Assembly (NCBI GenBank): GCA_027593235.1
Contig: JAQCIU010000001.1
Location: 191,660-255,659 of the forward strand
Length of the DNA stretch: 64,000 nucleotides
Reading direction: 5' to 3'
Origin: Chloroflexota bacterium
Lineage (GTDB): Bacteria > Chloroflexota > Dehalococcoidia > UBA2979
Each line of letters starts with the position of its first letter. Position 1 is the first letter of the stretch. The notes under the pieces were generated by a model. It was given only the letters and a program-made list of their open reading frames with translations, was not told the origin of the DNA and made no database searches. Below are positions 27,873 to 36,843 of this stretch, piece by piece. The position numbers and the translations under genes are program-made.

Positions 27873-29348
27873 CTACCGCCGTCCGAACCGCACCGGCCGT
27901 CCGACGCGCGCCCCCGTGTGCGCGCCGTCGCGCACCACCGGCTCGCCATTCACGAGGACCCACGGCATCCCCGCTGGTGCGCGCTTCGGATCCTCGTACG
28001 TCGCCACGTCGATCACCGTCGCCGGGTCGAAGATCACGAGGTCGGCGACCGCTCCTTCCTCGATCGCGCCGCGGCCCTCGAGGTGGAACTTCGCGGCGGG
28101 CATGCCGGTCATCTTGTGGATGGCGCTCTCGAGGCTGAGCAGACCCTCATCGCGGACATAACGACCGAGGATGCGCGGGTAGGTGCCGTACAGGCGCGGG
28201 TGGGGGCGCGAGCCGGCGCCGATACCGTCGGTGCCGATCATCGTCGTCGGGTGCTTCAACACGGTGCGCACGTCGTCCTCGGCCATCGAGAACATGACGG
28301 CGAAGACGCCGTGGCCCGCTTCGTCGAGGATGCGGTTCACCGCCTGGTCGATCGGCAGGTCGAACTCCGAAGCGAGGTCGGATACGGACCGCCCCTCCCA
28401 CTCTGGCCGCTCGGCGACCGCGGCGAGCAGAACCTCCATGTCGCCTTCCTCGGGTTCGAACCAGCCGTTCTGGCGCATCGCGTAGAGGCGGGTGCTGCCC
28501 GCGGTGTAGGGATACTGATCGGCGGTGACGTCGAACCCGTCGGCGCGGGCGCGCTCAATCTGCGCGAGTGACTCGCTGACGAGGCCCCACCACCTCTTGC
28601 CGGACACCTTGTGGTGCGAGATCTGCACCGGCACACCCGCGCGCCGCCCGATCTCGATCGCCTCCCCGTGGGCTTCGAGGAGCGTCTCGCCTTCCCCTCG
28701 CACGTGCGACGCGTAGATCGCGCCGAACGGCGCCAGCTCCTCGGCGACCGCGGCCACCTCATCGAGCGAGGCGTAGCGGTCCGGTTCGTAGATCAGCCCC
28801 GTCGAGAGACCGACGCAGCCCGCCTCGAGGGACTCGCGCATCCACGTCCGCATCTGGTCGCGCTCGCTGTCGGTCGCCGGGCGCGGATCGGCGCGGTCCC
28901 CGATCACCGCCGCGCGCAGTGCACCGAAGCCGACGAGGGTGGCGACGTTCACCGAGGGCGGATGCGCCTCGATCGCGTCAAAGTACCCGGCATAGCTGTC
29001 CCAGTCGGGGATGCCCTCGTCGCCCGTGATCGTGCGGCGGAACGCCCGAGGCACGACCCCTGATCCGCAGTTGCCGTTGATCACCGTCGTGATGCCCTGC
29101 ATCGATTTGCCGAACATCTCCGGCTCGGTGAACACGAGGGTGTCGTCGTGCGAGTGCACGTCGATGAATCCCGGCGACACCGCGTGGCCGGTGGCGTCGA
29201 TCGTCTCCGACGCCTCTGCGTCGGCCGGGATCGCACCGACGCGGGCGATCGTGTCGCCTCGGATGCCGAGGTCGGCAGCGATGGGTGGCGCCCCCGAGCC
29301 GTCGTAGACGGCGCCGTTGCGGATGATCCGGTCGTAGTGCTCGGGCAT
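27873..29348 (-). CDS. N-acyl-D-amino-acid deacylase (D-aminoacylase)
   Basis: PGFIDVHSHDD, GNCG, STGLIY, SHVR, ISHHK, DQYPYTAGST and HPRLYGTYPR. Confidence 0.9.
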   Translation of the reverse strand: MPEHYDRIIRNGAVYDGSGAPPIAADLGIRGDTIARVGAIPADAEASETIDATGHAVSPGFIDVHSHDDTLVFTEPEMFGKSMQGITTVINGNCGSGVVPRAFRRTITGDEGIPDWDSYAGYFDAIEAHPPSVNVATLVGFGALRAAVIGDRADPRPATDSERDQMRTWMRESLEAGCVGLSTGLIYEPDRYASLDEVAAVAEELAPFGAIYASHVRGEGETLLEAHGEAIEIGRRAGVPVQISHHKVSGKRWWGLVSESLAQIERARADGFDVTADQYPYTAGSTRLYAMRQNGWFEPEEGDMEVLLAAVAERPEWEGRSVSDLASEFDLPIDQAVNRILDEAGHGVFAVMFSMAEDDVRTVLKHPTTMIGTDGIGAGSRPHPRLYGTYPRILGRYVRDEGLLSLESAIHKMTGMPAAKFHLEGRGAIEEGAVADLVIFDPATVIDVATYEDPKRAPAGMPWVLVNGEPVVRDGAHTGARVGRPVRFGRR

Positions 29349-29366
29349 GGGTTCCTCGGAGTTTCG

Positions 29367-29861
29367 TTAGCCCTCGGCGGTGACGCGTTCCTGGTGCTCG
29401 CGGTCGGCGCGCTTACCTCGGTAGACGGACATGTCGATCGCGCGCCACACCTCGGGCTCCAGGCGGAAGAGCATCCGCGGCTCGGTGCGCATGTTGTCGA
29501 AGAACTTGTCGACGGCCTCGGCGTTGGCGCGGTCGCCGCGACCGACGTACTTCTCGGCGAGCATCCTCGAGATCGGCCAGATGTCGAACTCCGGCAGCTC
29601 GTGCGCCGTCACCGTGCCGTCGATGCCGACGTGCCCGGGCATCGGCGCGCCCGCCTCGATGCAGAGCGACGCCCGAGGATCGCGTTTCAACTGCTTGCAC
29701 CAGACGCGGCTCGTGGTGCCCGTGATCCAGATCGCGTCCTCGTGCCAGAGCCACCAGATCGGCACGGTGTACGGCCGCCCGTCCTCGCGTAGCGTGGCGA
29801 TCACGCCGACGAACGGCTGCTGAAGAAACTTGTCGAGGAGTTCCTGGGACATTCGAGGCAT
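29367..29861 (-). CDS. Pyridoxamine-5'-phosphate oxidase-like (PPOX class, probably F420-dependent) protein
   Basis: IATLREDGRPYTVPIW...LKRDPRASLCI. Confidence 0.8.
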   Translation of the reverse strand: MPRMSQELLDKFLQQPFVGVIATLREDGRPYTVPIWWLWHEDAIWITGTTSRVWCKQLKRDPRASLCIEAGAPMPGHVGIDGTVTAHELPEFDIWPISRMLAEKYVGRGDRANAEAVDKFFDNMRTEPRMLFRLEPEVWRAIDMSVYRGKRADREHQERVTAEG

Positions 29862-29971
29862 GGCACGCCACCCGGGCTGCGGTACGAGCTGGTTTCGCGG
29901 AGTCTAGCGGGTGCCGGTCGAGGCTCGCCGTTAGACTCACCTCCCAGAGCAAGCGCGGAGGAGGCGGACAT

Positions 29972-30916
29972 ATGCGAGGCATCGGAGTCACGGAGTTCGG
30001 TGGACCCGAGGTCCTCCACATCGTCGATCTGCCCGAGGTGCACGCAGGGCCGGGCGAGGTGCGCCTGCGCATCCACGCCGCGACGGTGAACCCGACCGAC
30101 ACCGGCATCCGCGACGGCTCCCGTGAAGAGCGCCTGAAGGTGAACCCGCCGCCGTACATCCCGGGGATGGACGCGGCCGGTGTGATCGACGAGATCGGCG
30201 AGGGCACGGAGACCGACCTGGCGATCGGCGACGCGGTGATGGCGATGGTGGTGCCTGTCGGCGCGCACGGCGCGTACCGCGAAAGCATCGTGCTGTCCGC
30301 CGACGCGGTGGTCCGCGCGCCCGCGGGCGCGTCGCACGCCGAGGCGTCCACGCTGCCGATGAACGCGCTGACGGCTCGCCAGAGCCTTGACCAGCTCGCG
30401 CTGCAGCCGGGCCAGACGATCGCCGTCACCGGCGCGGCCGGCTCCTACGGCGGCTACGTCGTGCAGCTCGCGAAGATCGATGGCCTGCGGGTGATCGCCG
30501 ACGCATCCGAGGCCGACAAACAGCTCGTGCGCGACCTCGGAGCCGACGTCGTCGTGCCGAGGGGCGACGACATCGCCGACCAGATCCGAAAGGTCGCGCC
30601 GGACGGCGTCGACGGCCTCGCCGACGGCGCGGTGCAGAACGAGCTGGCAGTTGGCGCGGTGAAGGACGGTGGCGGCTTCGTCTCGGTGCGCGGCTACGCG
30701 GGTAACGAGGAACGCGGCGTCACCTTCCACCGCACGATGGTCGTCAGCTACGACCACCGTGCTGACCTGCTCAACCAGCTCCGCGAGCAGGTCGAGGCGG
30801 GCAAGGTCACGCTGCGCGTCGCCGCCACCTATCCGGCCGAGCAGGCCTCGGACGCGCATGCTCGCCTCGAGGCTGGCGGCACTCGCGGTCGTTGCGTGAT
30901 CGTCTTCTCCGAGTGA
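29972..30916 (+). CDS. NADPH:quinone reductase-like MDR oxidoreductase
   Basis: FGGPEVL, VNPTD, PGMDAAG, TGAAGSYG and GGTRGR; GGAGG RBS. Confidence 0.9.
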   Translation: MRGIGVTEFGGPEVLHIVDLPEVHAGPGEVRLRIHAATVNPTDTGIRDGSREERLKVNPPPYIPGMDAAGVIDEIGEGTETDLAIGDAVMAMVVPVGAHGAYRESIVLSADAVVRAPAGASHAEASTLPMNALTARQSLDQLALQPGQTIAVTGAAGSYGGYVVQLAKIDGLRVIADASEADKQLVRDLGADVVVPRGDDIADQIRKVAPDGVDGLADGAVQNELAVGAVKDGGGFVSVRGYAGNEERGVTFHRTMVVSYDHRADLLNQLREQVEAGKVTLRVAATYPAEQASDAHARLEAGGTRGRCVIVFSE

Positions 30917-30947
30917 TGGATTCGCGTAGCGAACGGCGGTTCGGCCG

Positions 30948-32132
30948 GTGATCGATCTCGAACGCGTCCGTGCCGACACGCCCGGTGTCGCGGAGGTCGC
31001 GCACTTCAACAACGCCGGCGCCGCGCTGATGCCGCAGCCGGTGATCGACGCCGTCATCGATCACATCCAGCTCGAGGCGCGCATCGGCGGATACGAGGCG
31101 GCCGAGCAGCGGTCCGCCGCGCTGGAGCACACCTACGACGCGATCGCCACGCTGCTGAACTGCCGCCGCGAGGAAGTGGCGCTCCTCGAAAGTGCCACCC
31201 GTGCCTGGGACATGGCCTTCTACTCGATGCCGTTCGGTCCGGGCGACCGCATCCTCACCGCGACCTCCGAGTACATCGGCAACTACATCGCCTACCTCGA
31301 GGTGACCCGAAAGACCGGCGCCGAAGTCGTGCCGGTCTCCGACGACGAGCACGGCCAGCTCGACGTGGACGCGCTTGCCTCGATGATCGACGAGCGGACG
31401 AAGCTGATCGCCGTCACGCACGTGCCGACCAACGGCGGCCTCGTGAACCCCGCGGCCGCGATCGGCCGCGTTGCGCGCGAGGCGGGCGTGCCGTTTCTCC
31501 TCGATGCGTGTCAGTCGGTCGGGCAGATGCCGATCGACGTGCAGGAGATTGGCTGCACGATGCTCTCGGTCACGTCGCGGAAGTTCCTGCGCGGCCCGCG
31601 CGGCGTCGGCTTCCTCTACATCGACCTCGACTTCGCCCGCCAGCTTGAGCCGATCCTCCTCGATGGTCGCGCCGCGAACTGGATTGCGCCCGACCGCTAC
31701 GAGCTGCGTCCGGACGCGCGCCGCTTCGAGGAGTGGGAATCGAACATCGCGAACCGTATCGGCCTCGGCGTGGCCGTCGACTACGCGCTCGAGGTCGGCC
31801 TCGCGCCGACGTACGAGCGCATCCAGACGCTCGCTTCCCAGCTACGCGCGGGCCTCGAGGGCGTGTCCGGCGTGACCCTTGCGGATCAGGGCGCCGAGCG
31901 CTGCGGCATCGTCACCTTCTACGTCGATGGCGTCGCACCCGCCGAGGTGAAGGCCGCACTCCGGGCACAGCGGATCAACGTGAACACGATCCAGCCCGGC
32001 GACACGCTGCTGGACTCGCAACGCCGCGGGCTGCCGGAGCTGGTCCGCTCCTCGGTGCACTACTACAACAGCGAGGACGAAGTAACGCGGCTGATCGAGG
32101 CGGTCGCGGAGCTGGCGCCACCCTCGAGGTAG
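30948..32132 (+). CDS. Class V PLP aminotransferase / cysteine desulfurase-like protein
   Basis: FNNAGAAL, THVPTNGG, DACQSVG, RKFLRGPRG and RSSVHYYN. Confidence 0.9.
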   Translation: MIDLERVRADTPGVAEVAHFNNAGAALMPQPVIDAVIDHIQLEARIGGYEAAEQRSAALEHTYDAIATLLNCRREEVALLESATRAWDMAFYSMPFGPGDRILTATSEYIGNYIAYLEVTRKTGAEVVPVSDDEHGQLDVDALASMIDERTKLIAVTHVPTNGGLVNPAAAIGRVAREAGVPFLLDACQSVGQMPIDVQEIGCTMLSVTSRKFLRGPRGVGFLYIDLDFARQLEPILLDGRAANWIAPDRYELRPDARRFEEWESNIANRIGLGVAVDYALEVGLAPTYERIQTLASQLRAGLEGVSGVTLADQGAERCGIVTFYVDGVAPAEVKAALRAQRINVNTIQPGDTLLDSQRRGLPELVRSSVHYYNSEDEVTRLIEAVAELAPPSR

Positions 32133-32136
32133 CGCG

Positions 32137-32574
32137 TTACGCCGAGGCCAGCGCCGCGCGGATGCGCTCGGCGACGGCGTGCTGGTGGGCCTCGTCGTCG
32201 TAGGCGTGCCGAGGCCAGAAGAAACCTCGGAGGCCGTCGCCCTTCGTGCGCGGCACGACGTGGACGTGCAGGTGCGGCACGCTCTGGCTGACCACGTTGT
32301 TGATCGAGACGAAGGTCCCCTGTGCCTCCATCGCGACGGGCAGCGCCGCCGCTACCCGCTGCACCGTCTCGAAGAACGGGCCGACAAGGTCGCCCGGCAA
32401 CTCCGGCAGCGTCCCCACATGCTCCCGAGGCGAGACGAGCACGTGACCCGGAAACAGCGGCCGGTGATCGAGGAACGCGACCGCGTGCGGCTCATCGAGG
32501 ACGATCTCCGCGTTGAGCTGGCCGTCGATGATTCGGCAGAACGTGCAGCTCGCGCGGTCGGCGGATGGCGGCAC
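32137..32574 (-). CDS. HIT family nucleotide hydrolase
   Basis: CTFC, FPGHVLV and QSVPHLHVHVVPR. Confidence 0.93.
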   Translation of the reverse strand: MPPSADRASCTFCRIIDGQLNAEIVLDEPHAVAFLDHRPLFPGHVLVSPREHVGTLPELPGDLVGPFFETVQRVAAALPVAMEAQGTFVSINNVVSQSVPHLHVHVVPRTKGDGLRGFFWPRHAYDDEAHQHAVAERIRAALASA

Positions 32575-32647
32575 GACGGCTCCCCGGGGGTGTACTTACG
32601 TGTCGATCGTCAGTTTCGCACGGGGACGGTGACGCGACCCCTCTGCG

Positions 32648-33190
32648 ATGATGGCGCCCATGTTGGAGCCGGCACCCGGACATTTGCTGGTCGCCAGTCC
32701 CCTCCTCGAGGATCCCAATTTCCGACGCACCGTCGTGTTCATCGGCGATCACGGGCCGGATGGCACGTTCGGCCTGGTACTCAACCGACCACTCGGCATC
32801 GATCCCAGCGACGAGGTACCGGAGTGGTCGTCGCTCCTCACCACCCCCTTGACCCTGTTCAGCGGCGGTCCCGTTTCTCCTGACACGATGATCGGCGTCG
32901 GACTGGGCAGCGTCGCGGAACGGGCCGCTCCTGATCCGATCACACTCGTTAATCTGACCGCGTCGCCGGCCGCTGATCTCGAGCGGGTGCGCCTCTTCGC
33001 CGGTCATGCCGGGTGGGGCGCCGGGCAACTCCAGTCCGAACTCGATCAGGAGGCGTGGTTCGTCGTGCACCGCGCGCCGGGCGACGTCTTCACCGCCGAA
33101 CCGGAGTTGCTCTGGCAGTCCGTCCTGCGACGACAACCTGGCGAACTGCAAATGCTCAGCTTCTACCCGCGCGATATCTCTTCGAACTAG
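32648..33190 (+). CDS. YqgE/AlgH family protein
   Basis: LLVASP.LEDPNFRRTV, GLVLNRP, GGPV and FAGHAGWGAGQL. Confidence 0.93.
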   Translation: MMAPMLEPAPGHLLVASPLLEDPNFRRTVVFIGDHGPDGTFGLVLNRPLGIDPSDEVPEWSSLLTTPLTLFSGGPVSPDTMIGVGLGSVAERAAPDPITLVNLTASPAADLERVRLFAGHAGWGAGQLQSELDQEAWFVVHRAPGDVFTAEPELLWQSVLRRQPGELQMLSFYPRDISSN

Positions 33191-33277
33191 CCCGCGGAGT
33201 GACCATCTGCGAGGGCACAAGCCTTCGTCGCGCCGGGCCCGGATCGGGTGCCGAACCGTTTGTCACTTGAGGGTTTT

Positions 33278-33303
33278 CTACTTTCACGTCTACGTGAAGG
33301 TAG
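33278..33303. promoter_or_regulatory. Dyad CTACTTTCACGT-CT-ACGTGAAGGTAG, MerR-family-like operator
   Basis: 11/12-bp inverted repeat 37 nt upstream of the MFS gene; CACGT-N2-ACGTG core. Confidence 0.6.
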
Positions 33304-33340
33304 GAGTAGACTTTCGGGGTGCGCGGACCGTAGCCGCGAC

Positions 33341-34891
33341 ATGAACAGGACTACCGTGGCCAGCGACTCTTCACGTTCGCTTCAGACGGGCCAGATCGTG
33401 GCCCCTCCCACCGCGCCACCCGCCACGGGCGGCGCGCCGAACGGTGCCGGTTCAGGCCTCGGGCCTCCCGGAGGCCCACCGAACGGTCGCGGGGGCGGGA
33501 TGCCCGGTGGCGGTATGCCCGGTGGTGGCATGGGACGCCCGGGGATGGGCCCACCGATGGGTGGAAACCGCCCATCGCTGCGCAAGGCGCTCGCTGTCTT
33601 CAGCAACCGTGACTACCGGTTCCTCTGGACCTCCTCGCTGGTTTCGTTCACCGGCATGCAGATGCAACAGATCGCGCGCGCGGTGCTGGCCTGGGATCTC
33701 ACCGGCAGCTACTCCTCCGTGGGAGCGGTCTTCCTTTCCTTCGGCGCGCCAATGCTGCTGTTCTCGCTCATGGGCGGCGCGTTCGCGGATCGCCTGAACA
33801 AGCGCAATCTCACCCTGATGACCCAGATCGGCACCGGCGTGCTAATGCTGGTCACGGCGGTCCTGATCGTCACCGACATGATTACGATCGAACTGCTGAT
33901 CATCGTCGGGCTCGCGCAGGGCACGTTCTTTGCCTTCGGGATGCCCGCTCGCTCGCCGCTGATGGCGGTGGTGGTCGGTCCCGAGCACCTGATGAGCGCG
34001 ATGGCGCTGCAGAACGCGGCGATGAACATGACCCGCCTCGGCGGACCCGCGATCGCGGGCATCCTGATCGGCGTCTGGGGCGTCGAGGCCGCCTATTTCA
34101 CCCAGTCCGGCCTCTACATCGTGAGCGTCGCGCTGCTGCTGATGGTGCCCAGTTCCCGAGGCGTCGCCGAGCAGGTGAAGCGCGGCAGCATGTTCCGGGA
34201 GATCGTCCTCGGTGTGCGTTACGCCTGGGGCGACTCGATCCTGCGGATGCTGCTGATGCTGGCCTTCACGACGGCGCTCTTCGCGATGCCGTACCAGATC
34301 CTGCTCAACGGCTTCGTTGACGAAGACCTCGGCCGGAGCGAGGGCACCTACGCGTTCCTCCAGATGCTCACCGGCATCGGCGCTGTGATCGGTTCGTTTG
34401 GCGTTGCCGCCTTCACCGAGTACGACCGCAAGCCACTGCTACAACTCGTCTCGGGGCTACTCGGTGCCGCTGGACTGCTGGTCTTGGGCCTCGGATCGTT
34501 CGCGTTCGGCTTCCCGGGCGCGGTCGTCGGCATCCTGATCCTCGGGTTGATGCTGACCATCTACCAGACGCTGAACCAGACGATGATTATGGCCGCGGCG
34601 AAGCCGGAGTATTACGGCCGCGTGATGAGCATGATGATGCTGACCTTCAGCACCATGCCGCTGATGGGCGTCCCGCTGGGCATCCTGGCGGACCGGGTCG
34701 GGGCAACGAACGTCTTCATCGGCCAGGGCGTCCTCGTCGCGGTCGTGCTGGGGCTGCTGGCGCTCATGAACCGGTCGTACACCTTCGAGCGGCAGGACAT
34801 GCGCCACGTCAACGACCGCACGCCCTCCGAGGATGCAGCCGGCGCCCAGCCGATCGCGGAGCGCGAGGGCGCCTCGACCGGAGCGCGCTAG
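33341..34891 (+). CDS. MFS transporter (MFS_3/DHA3-like) with Gly/Pro/Met-rich N-terminal extension
   Basis: GGAFADRLNKR motif A, about 12 TM segments, YYGRVMS. Confidence 0.9.
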   Translation: MNRTTVASDSSRSLQTGQIVAPPTAPPATGGAPNGAGSGLGPPGGPPNGRGGGMPGGGMPGGGMGRPGMGPPMGGNRPSLRKALAVFSNRDYRFLWTSSLVSFTGMQMQQIARAVLAWDLTGSYSSVGAVFLSFGAPMLLFSLMGGAFADRLNKRNLTLMTQIGTGVLMLVTAVLIVTDMITIELLIIVGLAQGTFFAFGMPARSPLMAVVVGPEHLMSAMALQNAAMNMTRLGGPAIAGILIGVWGVEAAYFTQSGLYIVSVALLLMVPSSRGVAEQVKRGSMFREIVLGVRYAWGDSILRMLLMLAFTTALFAMPYQILLNGFVDEDLGRSEGTYAFLQMLTGIGAVIGSFGVAAFTEYDRKPLLQLVSGLLGAAGLLVLGLGSFAFGFPGAVVGILILGLMLTIYQTLNQTMIMAAAKPEYYGRVMSMMMLTFSTMPLMGVPLGILADRVGATNVFIGQGVLVAVVLGLLALMNRSYTFERQDMRHVNDRTPSEDAAGAQPIAEREGASTGAR

Positions 34892-34956
34892 ACGACGGCC
34901 GTCAGCCGGTCGCCGTTCAAGACGGGTTTGCGACGCGTGCTCGTCCCAGTTCGCGG

Positions 34957-35220
34957 CTAGTTGATGCTCATTCGCGCGCGCTGGACGCTTTCGCGCGTGC
35001 GCCGCTCGGTGGTGCGGTTGAGCGGGGCGTGCTGGACGCCGGCACAGGCGCCGTCATGCACATAGGTGATCGCGGGCCGCTGGTGGAGTCGCTTCAGCGG
35101 TAGCCGGCAGGGCTCGAAGCGGAAGTTGAACTCCGCGCTGGCGCCGTTCTCGTGCCAGGGGGCGCCTTCCGGGGCCCCACAGCGCCGGCACGCGATGCAG
35201 TGTCGTTCTGGTGTTGCCAT
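34957..35220 (-). CDS. Small Cys/His-rich hypothetical protein
   Basis: 87 aa with CIACRRC; GAGGGG RBS and upstream TATGAT -10. Confidence 0.45.
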   Translation of the reverse strand: MATPERHCIACRRCGAPEGAPWHENGASAEFNFRFEPCRLPLKRLHQRPAITYVHDGACAGVQHAPLNRTTERRTRESVQRARMSIN

Positions 35221-35268
35221 GGCCGCCCCTCACGTGTGGTGTGTCGGGATAGGCAGTTCGCCAGAATC

Positions 35269-35290
35269 ATATACGTCATATCAATGACAT
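35269..35290. promoter_or_regulatory. Operator-like dyad GTCAT-N4-ATGAC, also found at 26863-26884
   Basis: 18/22 identity to 26863-26884. Confidence 0.55.
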
Positions 35291-35344
35291 GGGTACCGTG
35301 ATGGACCGGAGCAGTCGCTCGGCAGCCTGTTCGTCCGCTCCCGC

Positions 35345-36082
35345 CTACACCCCGAGCTTCGAGGCGAGATCGGGGAAGTCCGAGGCGACGACGTCGAACT
35401 CGGGTGCGCCGTCAGCGGCTGGGCCGGGGAACGGCGCGGCTGCCTGGCCGTCGCCGCTCTCCGTCGGGCGGGGGACGTAGCCGGTGCGGAGGCCGGCGGC
35501 CGCAGCGGCGCGCAGGTCGCCGGGGTGACAGGCGACCATCATCGCCTCGTCGGGGGCGACGCCGAGGAGCTTCACGCCGGCGAGGTATGCCTCCGGATCG
35601 GGCTTGTAGTGGTCGAAGACCTCGCACGAGGAGATCGCGTCCCAGGAGAGGCCGTTGTGCTTCGAGCAGTCGACGACGATCGCGAAGCTGAGCACCGTGA
35701 GCACCGTCGTGGTGTAGCGGGTGCGGAGCCGCGGGAGCACCTCGGGGAAGTCGGGCCACGCCTGGAGGCGGTGCCAGATCGTGTTCAGCTCGTCCTTGTC
35801 GGACTCGGACAGCGCGAGCGCGGCGTGGTTCGGTGCGACCACATCGAGGGCGCGCCGGTGCAGTTCGTCGGCGTTCATCCAGGGGAGCGCGCCGGATCGC
35901 ACCTGCCCGAGCTGCATAAACATCTCGCGACGCCACTCGTTCGCGAACTTCGGAGCATCGACCTCGACGCCGCGTGTCGAGGCGAGGCGCGCGACCTCGT
36001 CGCGGATGCCGTGGTGCCAGTCGAAGACGGTGCCGCCGACATCGAAGGTCAGCGCGCGGATTCGGGTCAGATCGAAGGTCAT
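35345..36082 (-). CDS. Haloacid dehalogenase type II (HAD superfamily)
   Basis: LTFDVGGTVFDW, WHRL..WPD, YKPDP and MMVACH; AAGGAG RBS. Confidence 0.92.
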   Translation of the reverse strand: MTFDLTRIRALTFDVGGTVFDWHHGIRDEVARLASTRGVEVDAPKFANEWRREMFMQLGQVRSGALPWMNADELHRRALDVVAPNHAALALSESDKDELNTIWHRLQAWPDFPEVLPRLRTRYTTTVLTVLSFAIVVDCSKHNGLSWDAISSCEVFDHYKPDPEAYLAGVKLLGVAPDEAMMVACHPGDLRAAAAAGLRTGYVPRPTESGDGQAAAPFPGPAADGAPEFDVVASDFPDLASKLGV

Positions 36083-36190
36083 GTGAGTCTCCTTGGAGCG
36101 GATGATAGGCCGCGGCGGCGACGAGGTTGGACTTGTGGGCGAGAATGGGCGTCCGTTCGCCGTTGAGCGGGATCGCTGAAGGGCCCGCGG

Positions 36191-36652
36191 ATGCCGGCGT
36201 GGCGCGAGATTCAGAACGCAGAGCCGGAGTTCGCGGCGCAGGTGCAGCGCGTCTTCGACGCGCATTTACATAAGACGATGGCAACGCTGCGCCTCGATGG
36301 TGGCCCGCGCATCAGCGGCACCGAAGCAACGTTCAAGGACGGTGAGCTGTGGTTGGGCATGCTGGCCACATCGAGGAAGGCGCAGGACCTGGCCCGCGAC
36401 GGGCGAGTGGCGCTGCACAGCGCGACGGTCGATGCGGAGATGAGCGAGGGCGACGCGAAGCTCTCGGCGGTCGCGGTGCGCGAGACCGACGCGGCGAAGC
36501 TGGCAGCGGCGTTCGGCGAGGCTGAGGACGGCTCGATCTTCTTCCGACTCGACATCCACGAAGTGGCACTGACGCAGCCCAGTGACTCGGCCGGGCTGGC
36601 TGTGAGCAGTTGGAACGCGACGCGGGGGCTGCGCGCGCTGGTCGGCGGCTGA
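36191..36652 (+). CDS. Pyridoxamine-5'-phosphate oxidase-like FMN/F420-binding protein
   Basis: MATLRLDGGPRISG, KAQDLARDGRVALHS and GDAKL. Confidence 0.85.
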   Translation: MPAWREIQNAEPEFAAQVQRVFDAHLHKTMATLRLDGGPRISGTEATFKDGELWLGMLATSRKAQDLARDGRVALHSATVDAEMSEGDAKLSAVAVRETDAAKLAAAFGEAEDGSIFFRLDIHEVALTQPSDSAGLAVSSWNATRGLRALVGG

Positions 36653-36843
36653 GGGCGTCCAGACCGTGTCCAGGCGCGGCCCACCTCGCCAGATCGGCGT
36701 GGCGCACCTGCCTGGATGGGCGATGGCGGCCGCATCGGGCGGTGTCACGATGACGGCATGACGAACGACCGGTTCCCGCCCTCGCACGAGCGGCGCTGTC
36801 CCCAGCCCCCGGTTCACACCCCCGCGGGCGGTAGGATTCGCAG

